DNA of 64,000 bases from Pseudobdellovibrionaceae bacterium (lineage in GTDB: Bacteria > Bdellovibrionota > Bdellovibrionia > Bdellovibrionales > JAMPXM01): NCBI GenBank assembly GCA_947462815.1, contig CANHQR010000013.1, positions 3,520 to 67,519 on the forward strand, written 5' to 3'. Below the pieces are notes generated by a model. That model searched no databases. It was not told the origin of the DNA and was given only the letters and a program-made list of their open reading frames with translations. The position numbers and the translations under genes were made by a program. Numbering within the stretch: position 1 is the stretch's first letter; each line of letters starts with the position of its first letter. This document shows positions 52,353 through 62,825 of the stretch, piece by piece.

Positions 52353-53354
52353 CTAAATCTTCGTCGTCGTCTTCTCACCCGCGAGACTTTGCATCCAGCC
52401 GCGAAAGAACTCGCCCGCCGGCGATGGCAAAAAGTCGTGATTGGCCAAAAGCACGGGCTGCCAAGCGGCCGAAAAATTCCAAGCCATAAACGAAAGATGC
52501 TTTCTCTCGGCGTAGTCTCGCAAAGTCGATGGGTAGCCCCGAGCGCCCGGGAACTGTCGGGCGTCGAAAAGACCATGATCGCTAAATCCAACCTCGGTTA
52601 ACAGGACGGGTTGGGACTGAGCGAGAATGCCGAAGGCGCGATCCCAGGCTTTGTCGCGAGCGTGGTGGGGGTAGGGGTGAGACGTATAGGCTGTGAGCGA
52701 GTCGCGGATGGGCTCGTGCAATGCGAACTCGAGATCATACCCGTAGTTGAGGCCGCCCAACAGAGCGAGCGTCTCGGTGTGCGGTCGGACGACGGTTTCG
52801 AGCAGTTCATCGGCCCAATCACGATGCAAAATCCAATTCTCCAATGAGGCCAGTGGCTGGTCGGGAGTGTGCTGATGGCCCGTGGCCTCATTGAAGAGTT
52901 CGAGTGCGATGATGCGCGAATCAGAACGTGCGGAGAATCGCGCGAGCAGATCCCAAAATTCGCGAATTTCCTGAAGGCTTGTCTGATAGATTCGCGTGAA
53001 GGGTGCCTCATCAAAATGAAAGTCCTCTTCGGTGGCGGGGAAGCCGATACCGTGAAAGTCGATGATGAGATGCAGATCGTGTTCGCGCGCTTCGTTCTCG
53101 AGCCGTCTGATTTCTCGCTCGACCTCGTTGAGGCCTCCGGCATATCGAATTGTGACCGGATGAAAAGGCACGCGGACACAATTCGCACCCCAGGCTCGAG
53201 CTTGAGCCATTTGCTGCGGACCATAAGCCAGCAATCTTGGCCCTGGAGCGAGTTTTTGCCAGAGCGGATCTTGAAGCGAAACGCCCCAGAGTCGGCGCGG
53301 ACTTTGTGTTTGGGCATCGATCAGATCGGGTCCGTGGATCTGGAGTCTGGCCAT
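52353..53354 (-). CDS. glycoside hydrolase family 5 protein
   Basis: NCVRVPF, IIDFHG, LELFNEAT (acid/base Glu), SHPYP, LLTEVGF (nucleophile Glu). Start ATG 53354, or the track start 53423. Confidence 0.8.
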   Translation of the reverse strand: MARLQIHGPDLIDAQTQSPRRLWGVSLQDPLWQKLAPGPRLLAYGPQQMAQARAWGANCVRVPFHPVTIRYAGGLNEVEREIRRLENEAREHDLHLIIDFHGIGFPATEEDFHFDEAPFTRIYQTSLQEIREFWDLLARFSARSDSRIIALELFNEATGHQHTPDQPLASLENWILHRDWADELLETVVRPHTETLALLGGLNYGYDLEFALHEPIRDSLTAYTSHPYPHHARDKAWDRAFGILAQSQPVLLTEVGFSDHGLFDARQFPGARGYPSTLRDYAERKHLSFMAWNFSAAWQPVLLANHDFLPSPAGEFFRGWMQSLAGEKTTTKI

Positions 53355-53522
53355 GAAGAGATTGTGACGAGCGAATTGAGGAGGGGCAAGTGGGGTCGTC
53401 GTCAGCCTCCTCAAGCTCGGCATTCAGCGAAGCTCAGCGCTGCTGCAGCGCGCCCCGATTTTGCTCCGCCTTGCGCCTCGACCGGAAGTTTTCTTTGCTG
53501 AAAGACGTACCGAGGAGGACAA

Positions 53523-53966
53523 ATGCGTTACGCGCTGATTGGCCTTGTGCTTTTCCTTTCGCAGTCCGTCGCAGGTCAAACCGTGACGGAGGGGCAGTGG
53601 AAAGCGGCGACCAAAACGATCGAGCTCTCGCGGAGTGAATACCAAAAGTGGTGGCAACTGGAAGTCTCGACCAAGAAGCCGGTGCAATCGAAAATTGAGC
53701 TGGATGGTTACAAAGCCGACTGCAGCGTGACTCGCGAAAATCACCCGACATCGCTACGACGGGATCGCTTTGACTATCGACTTGTCGTTGATGCCGACGA
53801 AGTTTCCACGGATCGGCTGCGAGTGCGCGTCGAGGTTTGGATTCATCGCTTCCTCACTCTTCCCCCGCAGACTGAAGAGGACTGGAGGCAGATCCAAACG
53901 AAGTGTTTGCGGACACTTTTGAATCGGCTCTTCGAAGATGTTCAGCCGAACGCGACGGCACCCTAA
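53523..53966 (+). CDS. hypothetical secreted protein
   Basis: Signal peptide MRYALIGLVLFLSQSVAG; no recognisable motif. Confidence 0.5.
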   Translation: MRYALIGLVLFLSQSVAGQTVTEGQWKAATKTIELSRSEYQKWWQLEVSTKKPVQSKIELDGYKADCSVTRENHPTSLRRDRFDYRLVVDADEVSTDRLRVRVEVWIHRFLTLPPQTEEDWRQIQTKCLRTLLNRLFEDVQPNATAP

Positions 53967-53972
53967 ACTCCG

Positions 53973-54500
53973 ATGTCGAGTAAAGTGTTGATCCTTCGAA
54001 CCCTCAAATTGGACGACGAAGCCGCTTTCTTGCGAGGCTACGAAGCTTGGCAAGGAGACGATCCGAATTGGCACAGTTTCGAGTGGAAGCCCGGCATGAA
54101 TTTCGGCGAGCACCTTGAGAATCTTCAGCGGCAGGCTCGAGGTGAAGGACTGGTGCCCGGCCGTGTGGCCTCGACGATGTGGTATGGATTCGTCGGTGAA
54201 GAGATTGTCGGACGGCTGCATTTGCGCCATGCGCTCAATGAGAGCTTGCGTCGCCGAGGTGGACACATCGGGTATGCCGTCGCGCCCCCGTTTCGACGAG
54301 GTGGTTGGGCTCACGAGATGCTGCGCCAAGCGCTCCCGATGGCCTTCGCCATTGTCGGTGACGATTTGCTGATCACCTGTGCGAGTGACAACACCGCCTC
54401 GCGGCGGGTGATCGAGCGCGTGGGTGGCCAACTCGAGAATGAGATTTGGGATGAGGTCGATGAGGAAATGATCTGTAGGTATTGGGTTCGGCGTAAGTGA
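53973..54500 (+). CDS. GNAT family N-acetyltransferase
   Basis: GHIGYAVAPPFRRGGWAHEMLRQAL (motif A region) and TCASDNTASRRVIERVGG. Confidence 0.8.
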   Translation: MSSKVLILRTLKLDDEAAFLRGYEAWQGDDPNWHSFEWKPGMNFGEHLENLQRQARGEGLVPGRVASTMWYGFVGEEIVGRLHLRHALNESLRRRGGHIGYAVAPPFRRGGWAHEMLRQALPMAFAIVGDDLLITCASDNTASRRVIERVGGQLENEIWDEVDEEMICRYWVRRK

Positions 54501-54782
54501 TCTCATCGAGTGTTGCGCTTGAACATGCGGTTCTGGCGCGGAGCAGCTGGGCTTCTGATAAATGACTGAGCTTTAGAAATAAGCAGAGCGTAAACAGGCA
54601 AATCAAACGTAAATTCATAAGTTTATGTAGGTGTTCGTGGCGCCCACAACACGCAATGAGACCATTCGGGTGGGGGCGTAGACTTTGTGCTCCAGCGAGG
54701 CGAAGATGACACCTCGGACACACGGACGCCGGCCAACGGAAAGCCGTTCGCCCGCTACTCGATCCGTCCAAGGGGAGAAATC

Positions 54783-56171
54783 ATGGATCTTCGTTCAATG
54801 CTTGCCGAAGTTCAGTCGATGAGCGATGGCCTCTACACAGAATTGCGATGGCAGGAAAACCGCGATCAGCGCTTGTCTTACCTCAACGGTCAATTGACCT
54901 CTAACTCTCAGGAAACATCGACAGGCCTTTCGGCGCGCGCCTTCAAAGAGGGTTACTGGGGTTTTGCATCGCGAAGCGAGCCGACGCTCGAGAGTGCGCG
55001 CCTCGCGGCACAAGAGGCCGTGAAAAACGCGCGATTCTTAGGCTCGCGGGGAAAGAAGGGCGGAGCGCTCTTGCCGGCGAAAGCCACTTCCCTGGAAAAG
55101 TCCTATGCAACAAAAAAGTCGAAGCAAAGCACGGGATACTGGATTCAGTGGCTCAAGCAGGTCGATGATCGTATCCAGGCGAAGTTTCCGGCGTTGAAGG
55201 CCCGTCAAGTCACGATGACCAGCCTGGAGATGGAAAAGAAGTTTGTTACCACCGATGGGGCGGCTGTGCATAGCCTGGTGCCGCGCGCGCATTTGGCGAT
55301 TGTTCTCACGGTGGATTCGGAGTCGGGACCCGTTCGCTATATGGATGTGCGCGGAGGGCTCGGCGAAAAGGAAGATCATTTTGGCGGCGATGTGGGCCAG
55401 CTTGATGCTTGGTTTGAGGAGATTCACAAAATCGTGCAAGAAAAAGCCAAGGGTGTGATGCCCGAAGCTGGGGAGCACGAGGTGATTTTGGCGCCGGACT
55501 TGGCGGGTATTCTCGCTCATGAAGCTGTCGGACATACGGTCGAAGGTGATTTGGTTTTGGGAGGCTCTGTCGCGGGTGAGTACATGAATCAGCGCGTGGG
55601 CTCAGATTTGGTGACCTTAGTGGACTTCGCGCACACCTACGCGGGGACTCCCGCGCCGCAACCGGTGCACGTCGATGACGAGGGTGTCGAAGCCAAGGAC
55701 ACCGTGATCATTGAAAAGGGTGTGTTGAAACATTTTATGAATAACCGCGAGACGGCACATCATTTTCATCAGGCGGCGACAGGTCATGCTCGCGCATTTA
55801 AGTTTTATGATGAACCGTTGATTCGCATGCGCAACACAGCGATTTTGCCGGGCGATGCAAGCCTCGACGACATGATTAAGTCGGTGAAGAAGGGCTATTT
55901 CCTGGCAGGTGCGGGCAATGGGCAGGCGGATACCACGGGCGAGTTCATGTTTGCGGTCAATCGTGGATATGAAATCGTCGATGGTCGCCTCGGTCGACCA
56001 CTGCGTGAGGCGACGATCTCGGGAGTCGCATTCGATATGCTCAAGTCCGTATCGATGGTGTCGCGCGACTTTGAGTGGGAGTCTTCGGGTTACTGTGGAA
56101 AGAAACAGCCGATGCCCGTGGGCATGGGCGGACCCGCGCTCAAGTGCCGCGTGGTTGTGGGAGGTCAGTGA
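54783..56171 (+). CDS. tldD: metalloprotease TldD
   Basis: TldD/PmbA fold with the HEAVGHTVEGD metal motif. Start set at ATG 54783 behind GGGGAG. Confidence 0.9.
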   Translation: MDLRSMLAEVQSMSDGLYTELRWQENRDQRLSYLNGQLTSNSQETSTGLSARAFKEGYWGFASRSEPTLESARLAAQEAVKNARFLGSRGKKGGALLPAKATSLEKSYATKKSKQSTGYWIQWLKQVDDRIQAKFPALKARQVTMTSLEMEKKFVTTDGAAVHSLVPRAHLAIVLTVDSESGPVRYMDVRGGLGEKEDHFGGDVGQLDAWFEEIHKIVQEKAKGVMPEAGEHEVILAPDLAGILAHEAVGHTVEGDLVLGGSVAGEYMNQRVGSDLVTLVDFAHTYAGTPAPQPVHVDDEGVEAKDTVIIEKGVLKHFMNNRETAHHFHQAATGHARAFKFYDEPLIRMRNTAILPGDASLDDMIKSVKKGYFLAGAGNGQADTTGEFMFAVNRGYEIVDGRLGRPLREATISGVAFDMLKSVSMVSRDFEWESSGYCGKKQPMPVGMGGPALKCRVVVGGQ

Positions 56172-57463
56172 TGAAATCTGCATTGGAAATCGCTCGCGAA
56201 CTCGTGAAGAACACTCGCGAGTTCGACGCCTTCGAAGTGATCTGTCACCGCGACCGTATGACGGAGATGCAAATTGACGCCGGCGAAGTTTCCCTGCTGC
56301 GCACGACCGAGAACGTGAACCTCACCTTGCGCGCGATTCACGGCGGACGTTATGCCACGGTTGATTTGAATCAGACGGATAGTGGCTCGTATGCGCAAGC
56401 GCTTGAGAAAATGCGCGAAGCTTTGAAGTCGGCACCGGTCGATGAAGCTCGAGCTCTCGCGCCTCAAGGTGTTGGTCCGGAAAAAGCGTCACGCGGACCG
56501 ACTGAGCCAGACTTGGCGAAGATGCACGATCGCATAGTCGCCTTCGCGCGCGGGACAGCCGATCAGTTTCGTGAGCTTAAAATGGAACAGGCCATGTTGC
56601 AGTTTAACCGCGTCGAAGCGGCGCGCGTGAACACGCTCGGCTACGAGTCGGACATCGGTCAGGGAACTTATGACTTTACGGCGATGTTCTCAGGTAAACG
56701 TGGTGATAAGACATCGTCCTTCAATTATTCAGGTGCGACCAGTCAGGATCTTGATCGTGAGTTGATCGAGTGGGGTGCTCTCAAGCGCATCATGCAGTCT
56801 TCGATTCGCGAAATCGACCACGAACCCTTCGATGGAAAATTCAAGGGCCAAGTGGTCATCGCGCCCGAGGCTGTCGACAATTTTGTTTGGCCGTTTCTGG
56901 CCCATCTTGGCGACGATCGCTTGATCGCGGGGACCTCGCAGCTTCGCGATAAAATGGAGCAGCAGGTGGCGAGCGAACTTCTTACGATTCGTGTGAACCC
57001 AGAGCGCGGAAGCTTGGGCCGTCGTGAGTTCGCAACTCGCGAGGGTTATGCCAGCAAAAAAGGCGTGATCTTGAAAAATGGCACGTTGAAGACGTGGCTG
57101 CTTTCTGACTACGGAGCTCGTAAAACCGGTCTGCCGCGCGCGACGACGGGAGCCGCAAACCTGGAGATCGATGCGGGTGAAATTTCCTTTGCAGATTTGA
57201 TTAAGCCCATCAAAAAAGGTCTGCTCTTAGGTCGCTTCTCAGGTGGATCGCCGGCTGCTAATGGCGAAATTTCAGGAGTCGCGAAGAACTCTTATCTGAT
57301 TGAGAACGGTCAGGTGACCAAGCCGCTGAGCGAAGTCATGATTTCGGCAAATGTGTTCGACATGATGAAGCAAGTGGAAGCTGTGTCGCGAGATCGAATG
57401 GATGATGGCATGACTTTGAAGCCCTACATTCGCGTCAATGGTGTGACCGTCGCAGGAAAGTGA
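56171..57463 (+). CDS. pmbA: TldD partner protein PmbA/TldE
   Basis: TldD/PmbA-family sequence without the His motif. Its ATG overlaps the tldD stop (TGATG). Confidence 0.88.
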   Translation: MKSALEIARELVKNTREFDAFEVICHRDRMTEMQIDAGEVSLLRTTENVNLTLRAIHGGRYATVDLNQTDSGSYAQALEKMREALKSAPVDEARALAPQGVGPEKASRGPTEPDLAKMHDRIVAFARGTADQFRELKMEQAMLQFNRVEAARVNTLGYESDIGQGTYDFTAMFSGKRGDKTSSFNYSGATSQDLDRELIEWGALKRIMQSSIREIDHEPFDGKFKGQVVIAPEAVDNFVWPFLAHLGDDRLIAGTSQLRDKMEQQVASELLTIRVNPERGSLGRREFATREGYASKKGVILKNGTLKTWLLSDYGARKTGLPRATTGAANLEIDAGEISFADLIKPIKKGLLLGRFSGGSPAANGEISGVAKNSYLIENGQVTKPLSEVMISANVFDMMKQVEAVSRDRMDDGMTLKPYIRVNGVTVAGK

Positions 57464-57651
57464 AGTTGAGCTTCTTTGAGAGCCGTGGGGACGACGACTT
57501 TGCGCGCTGATTGAGCGAGTCGATGTTCCAACGGCTCTTGAGTTAGGGGTTCGCAATTCATTTATTCCGAAACGAATGAATACGGTTTGGGAGCTGTGAA
57601 CCGTTTGGCGATGAGAGTTTGATACAGATTTCGGCCTGAACTAGGCCTAGA

Positions 57652-59433
57652 GTGGGTCAATCCGTGAGTCATTTAGATGGGCATTCCGGGGGGCAGCCGA
57701 AACCGGTTTCACCCCGATCTGGCCCTCGTCTACAGTTTTGGAAGCGTTCAAATCCGTTCGGGGCCAAGGCTCTTCGAGTGTTCGCGGTGCTTGTCGTTTC
57801 CATCATGTTGATTGAACTGACAATTCGGATCGCCGCTTGGTTCTTCAGTTCGGATTTGGCGAGTCATTTGGGGAGTGGAAGCCCGCCGGCGACTGCCGGC
57901 CATGAGGCTGCGACAAACGGGAACTCCTCGTTCTTGCGGATCCTCTGCGTCGGACATTCTTTGACCCTTGGTGCAGAGTCTCCAGGGCATCTCACTTATC
58001 CAGCTCAACTTGAAAGTCGCCTCACAAACAGAGGTGTTCAGGCGCGGGTTTTTAATCATGGCCGGCCAGGCTGGTCGACCGAGCGACATTTACTCGACCT
58101 TTCCGAGGTCCTGACTGAAACTAGGCCCCAAGTGATCGTGCTGTGGACGGGAGATCATGATTTCAACTGGAACACGCAAGAGCCGACCCTTCCTTCGACT
58201 CAGCTCTCGCAATGGGGAATCGTCAGATTATTGAATTGGCTTGATAAGAGTGTCGACCGGCTTCAGTCCGCGCGAGACCTGAAGGCTGCAGAATCTCGCT
58301 ATAGCCATATTTTCAATGGGGACGACATCGAGACTCTCAAATTGATCGCGGCAAGTGTTGATCCGCTGCAAGCACCCCTCAGGCGTTTCGATCCCGATCT
58401 CAGCACGAATATGGGCGAGCTAGCGCGCCGAGCTCAGTTGATGAGTCCCCCTTTAGGTATGCGCAAAAGTCATTGGTACTTTGTGCGAAGTCACCTGCTG
58501 CTGACCGAACTGGGCGATGAAGCCTCCGCTCTCATTGGGCTTGAGAAACTCTTTGAAATTGATCCCACCCCGTCTTTGGCGACTTATGCGCTGTCTCGTG
58601 AGATGAGTCGACTGTCGCGAGAGCCCGATCGATGGAGAATTTTAGAGAAACGACATGAACAAAGAATTCTAGCGTACAGTGAGGGGCGTCTTAGCTCTAC
58701 GGCTCTCGAGAGATTGCATGAAGCAAGCCCTCCTCATCTCAATGAGCTGACCGATCAGGAGATTGCTGAACTTTTTAGAATTGCCCCGGAATTGCCTTCC
58801 ATTTCAATTGCCAGACTCATTCGAGATCAGGTCTACGTTGTCAATGTGCTGAAGGACCTGAGATCTCACCTCAGGGAGCAGGAGGGCTCGTTGGCTCTTC
58901 GTCCTGTCCTGCAGATTCTTCTGATGAGACCCAACATGACGGCCGCCAGAATGCATCGACTGTGGGATCAATCGAGTCCGGCGAATCCCTCGTTTGAGGA
59001 CCAAGAATTTGAAGAGAGAATGACGAGGCGGATACGTTACGAACTTGCTCGTAGCGATCGCAATGGAATTCAAACGCAACTTCATAGGAGCTTATTGAAG
59101 TTCAAAGAAATCGCCGAAGCGCACCAGGTGAAGAAGATCATTCTGGTCGGATATCACCCCACGCGCACACCGCATCTTTCAAAGGCCACGCGTTTTCGTC
59201 GTGATCTGAATTTGGCTCTCGAGCTTGTGGCCGCAAGTCTCGGTTTCAAGTTTGTCTCTCTCGAACGTTTCACAAGAGACAGGTTGAATTTCAAGATGAG
59301 CGAAGATCCCATGGGCAATGAAGCCTTCAATCGTATTCATCACAAGCCCTCCGATCTTGCGGATCCACATCTGAATGCAGAGGGAAATGCGCTGGTCGCA
59401 GAGGCCGTCGAACTCGCTCTTGAGAATCACTAA
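57652..59433 (+). CDS. membrane-anchored SGNH/GDSL-like hydrolase with large helical insertion (tentative)
   Basis: TM (VFAVLVVSIMLIELTIRIAAWFF). Block I-like ILCVGHSLTLG, block II-like NHGRPGWST, block III-like LWTGDHDF, block V-like DPHLNAEGNALVA, with about 350 aa between blocks III and V. Confidence 0.45.
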   Translation: MGQSVSHLDGHSGGQPKPVSPRSGPRLQFWKRSNPFGAKALRVFAVLVVSIMLIELTIRIAAWFFSSDLASHLGSGSPPATAGHEAATNGNSSFLRILCVGHSLTLGAESPGHLTYPAQLESRLTNRGVQARVFNHGRPGWSTERHLLDLSEVLTETRPQVIVLWTGDHDFNWNTQEPTLPSTQLSQWGIVRLLNWLDKSVDRLQSARDLKAAESRYSHIFNGDDIETLKLIAASVDPLQAPLRRFDPDLSTNMGELARRAQLMSPPLGMRKSHWYFVRSHLLLTELGDEASALIGLEKLFEIDPTPSLATYALSREMSRLSREPDRWRILEKRHEQRILAYSEGRLSSTALERLHEASPPHLNELTDQEIAELFRIAPELPSISIARLIRDQVYVVNVLKDLRSHLREQEGSLALRPVLQILLMRPNMTAARMHRLWDQSSPANPSFEDQEFEERMTRRIRYELARSDRNGIQTQLHRSLLKFKEIAEAHQVKKIILVGYHPTRTPHLSKATRFRRDLNLALELVAASLGFKFVSLERFTRDRLNFKMSEDPMGNEAFNRIHHKPSDLADPHLNAEGNALVAEAVELALENH

Positions 59434-59581
59434 CTCAGCAGGGTGAAACCTGTCATGATGGTGGCGCTCGTCTGAGTCTCTCAAAAGAGCCTGAGAAGTG
59501 ACGACGAATCTTTGTCCCGAAATGCGACGAAAATGAGTTTCGGTACCGCGCTTGGGCAAGTCGACTCATCTTGAATTGAAC

Positions 59582-60658
59582 TCACAGGGCCTGAATGAGT
59601 TTTTGCAGTGCGCGAATCTGAGGAGCATCTCGACTCACGTGATCTTTTTGTGTGTAGCCGAACCAGTCCCAGCAGCCCAAGGGATTGGTACGCGACTTCG
59701 CGACTTGCGGGTAGAGGATCACAATGTCGTTAGCCTCGGCCCACGCGTTGTAACCTGCATGTTCGATGAATTGACGCTGAATGAACTCGGTCGACATTTG
59801 GCAGCCGTGAAGAGCCACATGCAGGGCGCAAGTTTTTCCAGTGGCAGCTTGGCAGGCGGTGGGAACATAGACCTCGGCCCAATCGAGCATCATCGCATCG
59901 GGAGGCGCGTTTTGAGCGACACGAAAGTAGTTCTGTGAAATTGTGCTTTGTCGTGAATTCCACTTTGCCGGACGGGGCTGTACAATTGCAGCGAGCAATT
60001 CGCCAGCCTGATCGTGATCGCAATCAATGATCCACGGCAGGCCATGTTGGCCGCAGGGTTTGCCATAAGTCTCGGTTAGAAATCCATGGGCCGCGTCGGC
60101 GTGTTGAGCTCGTTGAATCTGAGCGAGAGGAGCGACGCTTTTATAAAACTCGGCGAGTTTATCTCCGGCGACCGGCCGTGTGACTTGGTCCTTAGCGCTC
60201 GCGAAGATCCAAATCCTGTTGTCGCGGGCATTGAGGTAAGAGTTGGCCGCCAGTTTTCCACTCTGGAGTTGGGAACGGTAGAGTTGCTCGAGGGCGGCGA
60301 CATCGACCTTCTCGGGTTGCTTCAAGCAAACATCTTGAGAGCGTTGCAGATCGCCTTCGGCGCAGTTCCAGATCCCTCCGGCAATGCTGGCGATGCCGCG
60401 GATCGATTCGGCATGGGCGATGTGCAATTGGACGGCCATGAAGGCGCCAGATGATATTCCGGAGACACTGATTTGGTCGCGATGTAACCGCAGCGGAAAG
60501 TTAAGCTCAGGATGTGTGGGCCGGACCTGCGCTGTTGTGGCCTTGAGAGAGGCGGATGCTGCCGACCGAGATGATGCCGGAGTGGAAGCCGAGACTGAGG
60601 TGGCAAATAGAGGTGCAAGGGCGGCGATCGAAATCAAAAGCAGCTTGATGAGTCGCAT
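59582..60658 (-). CDS. secreted esterase, PHB-depolymerase family
   Basis: Signal peptide (LLLISIAALAPLFATSVSA). LHVALHGCQMS and nucleophile elbow VSGISSGAFMA. Confidence 0.8.
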   Translation of the reverse strand: MRLIKLLLISIAALAPLFATSVSASTPASSRSAASASLKATTAQVRPTHPELNFPLRLHRDQISVSGISSGAFMAVQLHIAHAESIRGIASIAGGIWNCAEGDLQRSQDVCLKQPEKVDVAALEQLYRSQLQSGKLAANSYLNARDNRIWIFASAKDQVTRPVAGDKLAEFYKSVAPLAQIQRAQHADAAHGFLTETYGKPCGQHGLPWIIDCDHDQAGELLAAIVQPRPAKWNSRQSTISQNYFRVAQNAPPDAMMLDWAEVYVPTACQAATGKTCALHVALHGCQMSTEFIQRQFIEHAGYNAWAEANDIVILYPQVAKSRTNPLGCWDWFGYTQKDHVSRDAPQIRALQKLIQAL

Positions 60659-60865
60659 GAAGAGAAGAAACGCCAGAGATCAAGAGTTGGTCAAGCTTCG
60701 CGAGTTCTCAGGTCTTGAGCTTCAAGCCATTTATTTGCGGCGAGCCGGCAGGCCCTGCCTAGAGTCTTTGCTTGTGGTGTTGACTCGCATTCTTGAGGGG
60801 ACCGTCGAAGCGAGCTTGGGAAGCTCATGGAATTTCGACGTCCAAGTCGGAGCTCGAGCTTCGCC

Positions 60866-60897
60866 AAAAAAAAGGCGATGCCCCGAAGAGCATCGCC
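60866..60897 (-). terminator. intrinsic terminator after the RRM protein gene
   Basis: Minus strand reads GGCGATGC-TCTTCGGG-GCATCGCC followed by TTTTTTTT, about 35 nt after the stop. Confidence 0.8.
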
Positions 60898-60931
60898 TCA
60901 AATTTTTGAGTCTCAATCTTGGGTTCAGCGA

Positions 60932-61237
60932 TTAACGCGAGCCCCAGCTGCGGTTTCCACCGCCGCCACCGCCGCGATCTTCGCGGGGAGCCATCGGCTT
61001 GGCTTCGTTAACGGTCATCGAGCGGCCGCCCCAGTCTGCGCCGTTGAGTTTGCTTGTCGCTTCAACAGCTTCCGCATCCGTTGCCATTTCAACAAAGCCG
61101 AAGCCCTTGCTGCGGCCCGAATCGCGGTCCACGATCACTCGTGCTGACTCAACCGTGCCGTAAGCTGCAAAAGCGTCCGCAAGATCGGCGTCCGATGCTG
61201 TGTAAGGCAAATTGCCTACAAAAAGTTTCTTTCCCAT
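60932..61237 (-). CDS. RRM-type RNA-binding protein with Gly-rich tail
   Basis: RNP2 KLFVGNL, RNP1 KGFGFVEM, tail RGGGGGGNR. GAGGAGGAA SD before ATG 61237 (the track ORF extends to 61411). Confidence 0.9.
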   Translation of the reverse strand: MGKKLFVGNLPYTASDADLADAFAAYGTVESARVIVDRDSGRSKGFGFVEMATDAEAVEATSKLNGADWGGRSMTVNEAKPMAPREDRGGGGGGNRSWGSR

Positions 61238-61506
61238 TCTTTCCTCCTCGTGCGACTTCGACGGACGCGAACTTCGCGATTTGTCGACGAACGCATTGGC
61301 CCCTCGGCCATGTAAACTCGGGCCTTGCGGCCGCTCGTGGTTTTTGTTGCATCGATGGGGATGGCCAACGAAGAATTTCGGTGACGTCCGTCTCGACGTT
61401 TTTGTCCGCAAACGGCTTCAGAGACGGGAAACAAGGGCCCGCAAACTTTCACCTTGGTCGGAATGACCTGCAAACACGGCCGACCCTAACAGGGGCCTGG
61501 GCAATG

Positions 61507-62757
61507 TCAATGCGAGTGATTGGTGCTGGGAGTCGCTTTCGAATCAATTCGATTGAAAAAGTCGCGAACTCGTCGTCCCGGCGCCCAAAACGCCTCAGTT
61601 TCCGACGTGGGGGACACGTCCAGAGATTTGAGCCAATTGAGGTCGCGTTCCGAGCGACGTATGTAAGCATCGAAAAATATTCTCGTCAGCGCTGCAATCG
61701 CCGTTTGCCCATCGCCGTTGGGACGGTCGCGGCCCTTCCTCCCCATGAAATCGGCTGTGGTGCCATCGATGAGATTCAGAGAATAGGCCGGGGCCTTGCC
61801 GGGGAGTTCGAGGAACATGCTGTTGTTCGTCGGGTGCGCCATCAGGCGTTTGGAAAAATGGAGATCGCGATCGCCATTCACGAGTAAAAGTGGCGTTTGA
61901 ATCAAGGCCCAGGGCGGCTCCGTCAAACTGAATGGAATGCGAACATGATCGCGCCCATAAGGTGAGTAGATGACGGCGGCTTGGATCTGCAGTCCCTGAG
62001 GCTGCTGATGAAATGCGGCGTGATTCAATTGCGGTAATCCTGAGTCCAAACGCGCGCCCAAAAGAAGTTGCGCTTGCAGTCCACCACTTAAGTGTCCCAT
62101 GAGACCGATGCGATTCAAATCGAGGCGTTGGAAGCCCTGAGGCAGCTGCTCACGAATTTGTTCGCGCGAGTTGAAGAGAGCCAGGGTGTCGACGCGCAGT
62201 TGTTGGATGATTTCAGGGCTCTCTGAATGATCTTGGCCCCGGAGGGTCTCGCGCAGCTCTTCGACGGGTGCCGCGACGATGTTGAGGGGTTCCTGATAGT
62301 CGACGACGATGACGACGTAATCATGGGCCGCGAGGCGGTGACCCAAGTGGGCGTAGGCGCGCTCCACACTCATGTGTCGGGCCGGCAACATAAAGATCAC
62401 TGGCCAATCGGCGGCGCGGGACTCGCTGGGTAGGTAGGCGCGAAAACCGACCGGACGTTCGGGGCCTTGGATCTTGCCGTCGATGATCTGCGCCTCAGCT
62501 TGAGCGTGAGAGTCGGATTCGTTGAGGGCGCGCTGGCCTTCTGCCATTTGTTGAGCGGCGTTTTGCGGCGAGGCCGTCAGGGACTCGTAGTCCCGGAAGG
62601 CCGTCCAAATCGACACGAGTGAGAGGGCGACGATGGCGAGGACAATGAGGATGCGTCGAAGCATTCCAAAAGTTGGCATAGCATGAGTTTGCGCGGATCG
62701 CCGGGCGGAGTGCAAGTGAAGTGTCGATGTCGGCTTGGCCGTGGCTGACGGTTTCAA
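61507..62757 (-). CDS. membrane-anchored alpha/beta hydrolase (dienelactone hydrolase/PAF-acetylhydrolase-like)
   Basis: TM (ILIVLAIVALSLVSIW). VIFMLPARH...YVVIVVDY and elbow-like IGLMGHLSGG (not a clean GxSxG). Start could be an internal Met. Confidence 0.55.
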   Translation of the reverse strand: MKPSATAKPTSTLHLHSARRSAQTHAMPTFGMLRRILIVLAIVALSLVSIWTAFRDYESLTASPQNAAQQMAEGQRALNESDSHAQAEAQIIDGKIQGPERPVGFRAYLPSESRAADWPVIFMLPARHMSVERAYAHLGHRLAAHDYVVIVVDYQEPLNIVAAPVEELRETLRGQDHSESPEIIQQLRVDTLALFNSREQIREQLPQGFQRLDLNRIGLMGHLSGGLQAQLLLGARLDSGLPQLNHAAFHQQPQGLQIQAAVIYSPYGRDHVRIPFSLTEPPWALIQTPLLLVNGDRDLHFSKRLMAHPTNNSMFLELPGKAPAYSLNLIDGTTADFMGRKGRDRPNGDGQTAIAALTRIFFDAYIRRSERDLNWLKSLDVSPTSETEAFWAPGRRVRDFFNRIDSKATPSTNHSH

Positions 62758-62825
62758 AAAGCTAGAAATGCCGTCGCCACTCCGTGCGGGAGCATGCTAA
62801 AACGAAAGCCATTCGCTGAGGGGGA

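Noticed and set aside
52228-52356. 42-codon ORF with AAGGAG 6 nt upstream of its ATG, in the GH5-S41 spacer.
   Set aside because: The translation is Gly/Leu/Arg low-complexity (MGVASPGVRLGRGRSGLGLLGG...). It runs antisense into the GH5 stop, so the SD-like sequence is probably fortuitous.
57557-57581. Inverted repeat ATTCATT-N11-AATGAAT after pmbA, sharing a half-site with the 46965 palindrome.
   Set aside because: Its orientation and spacing differ from the 46965 element and the stem is only 7 bp. It may be a weak hairpin. There is not enough evidence to call it a shared operator.
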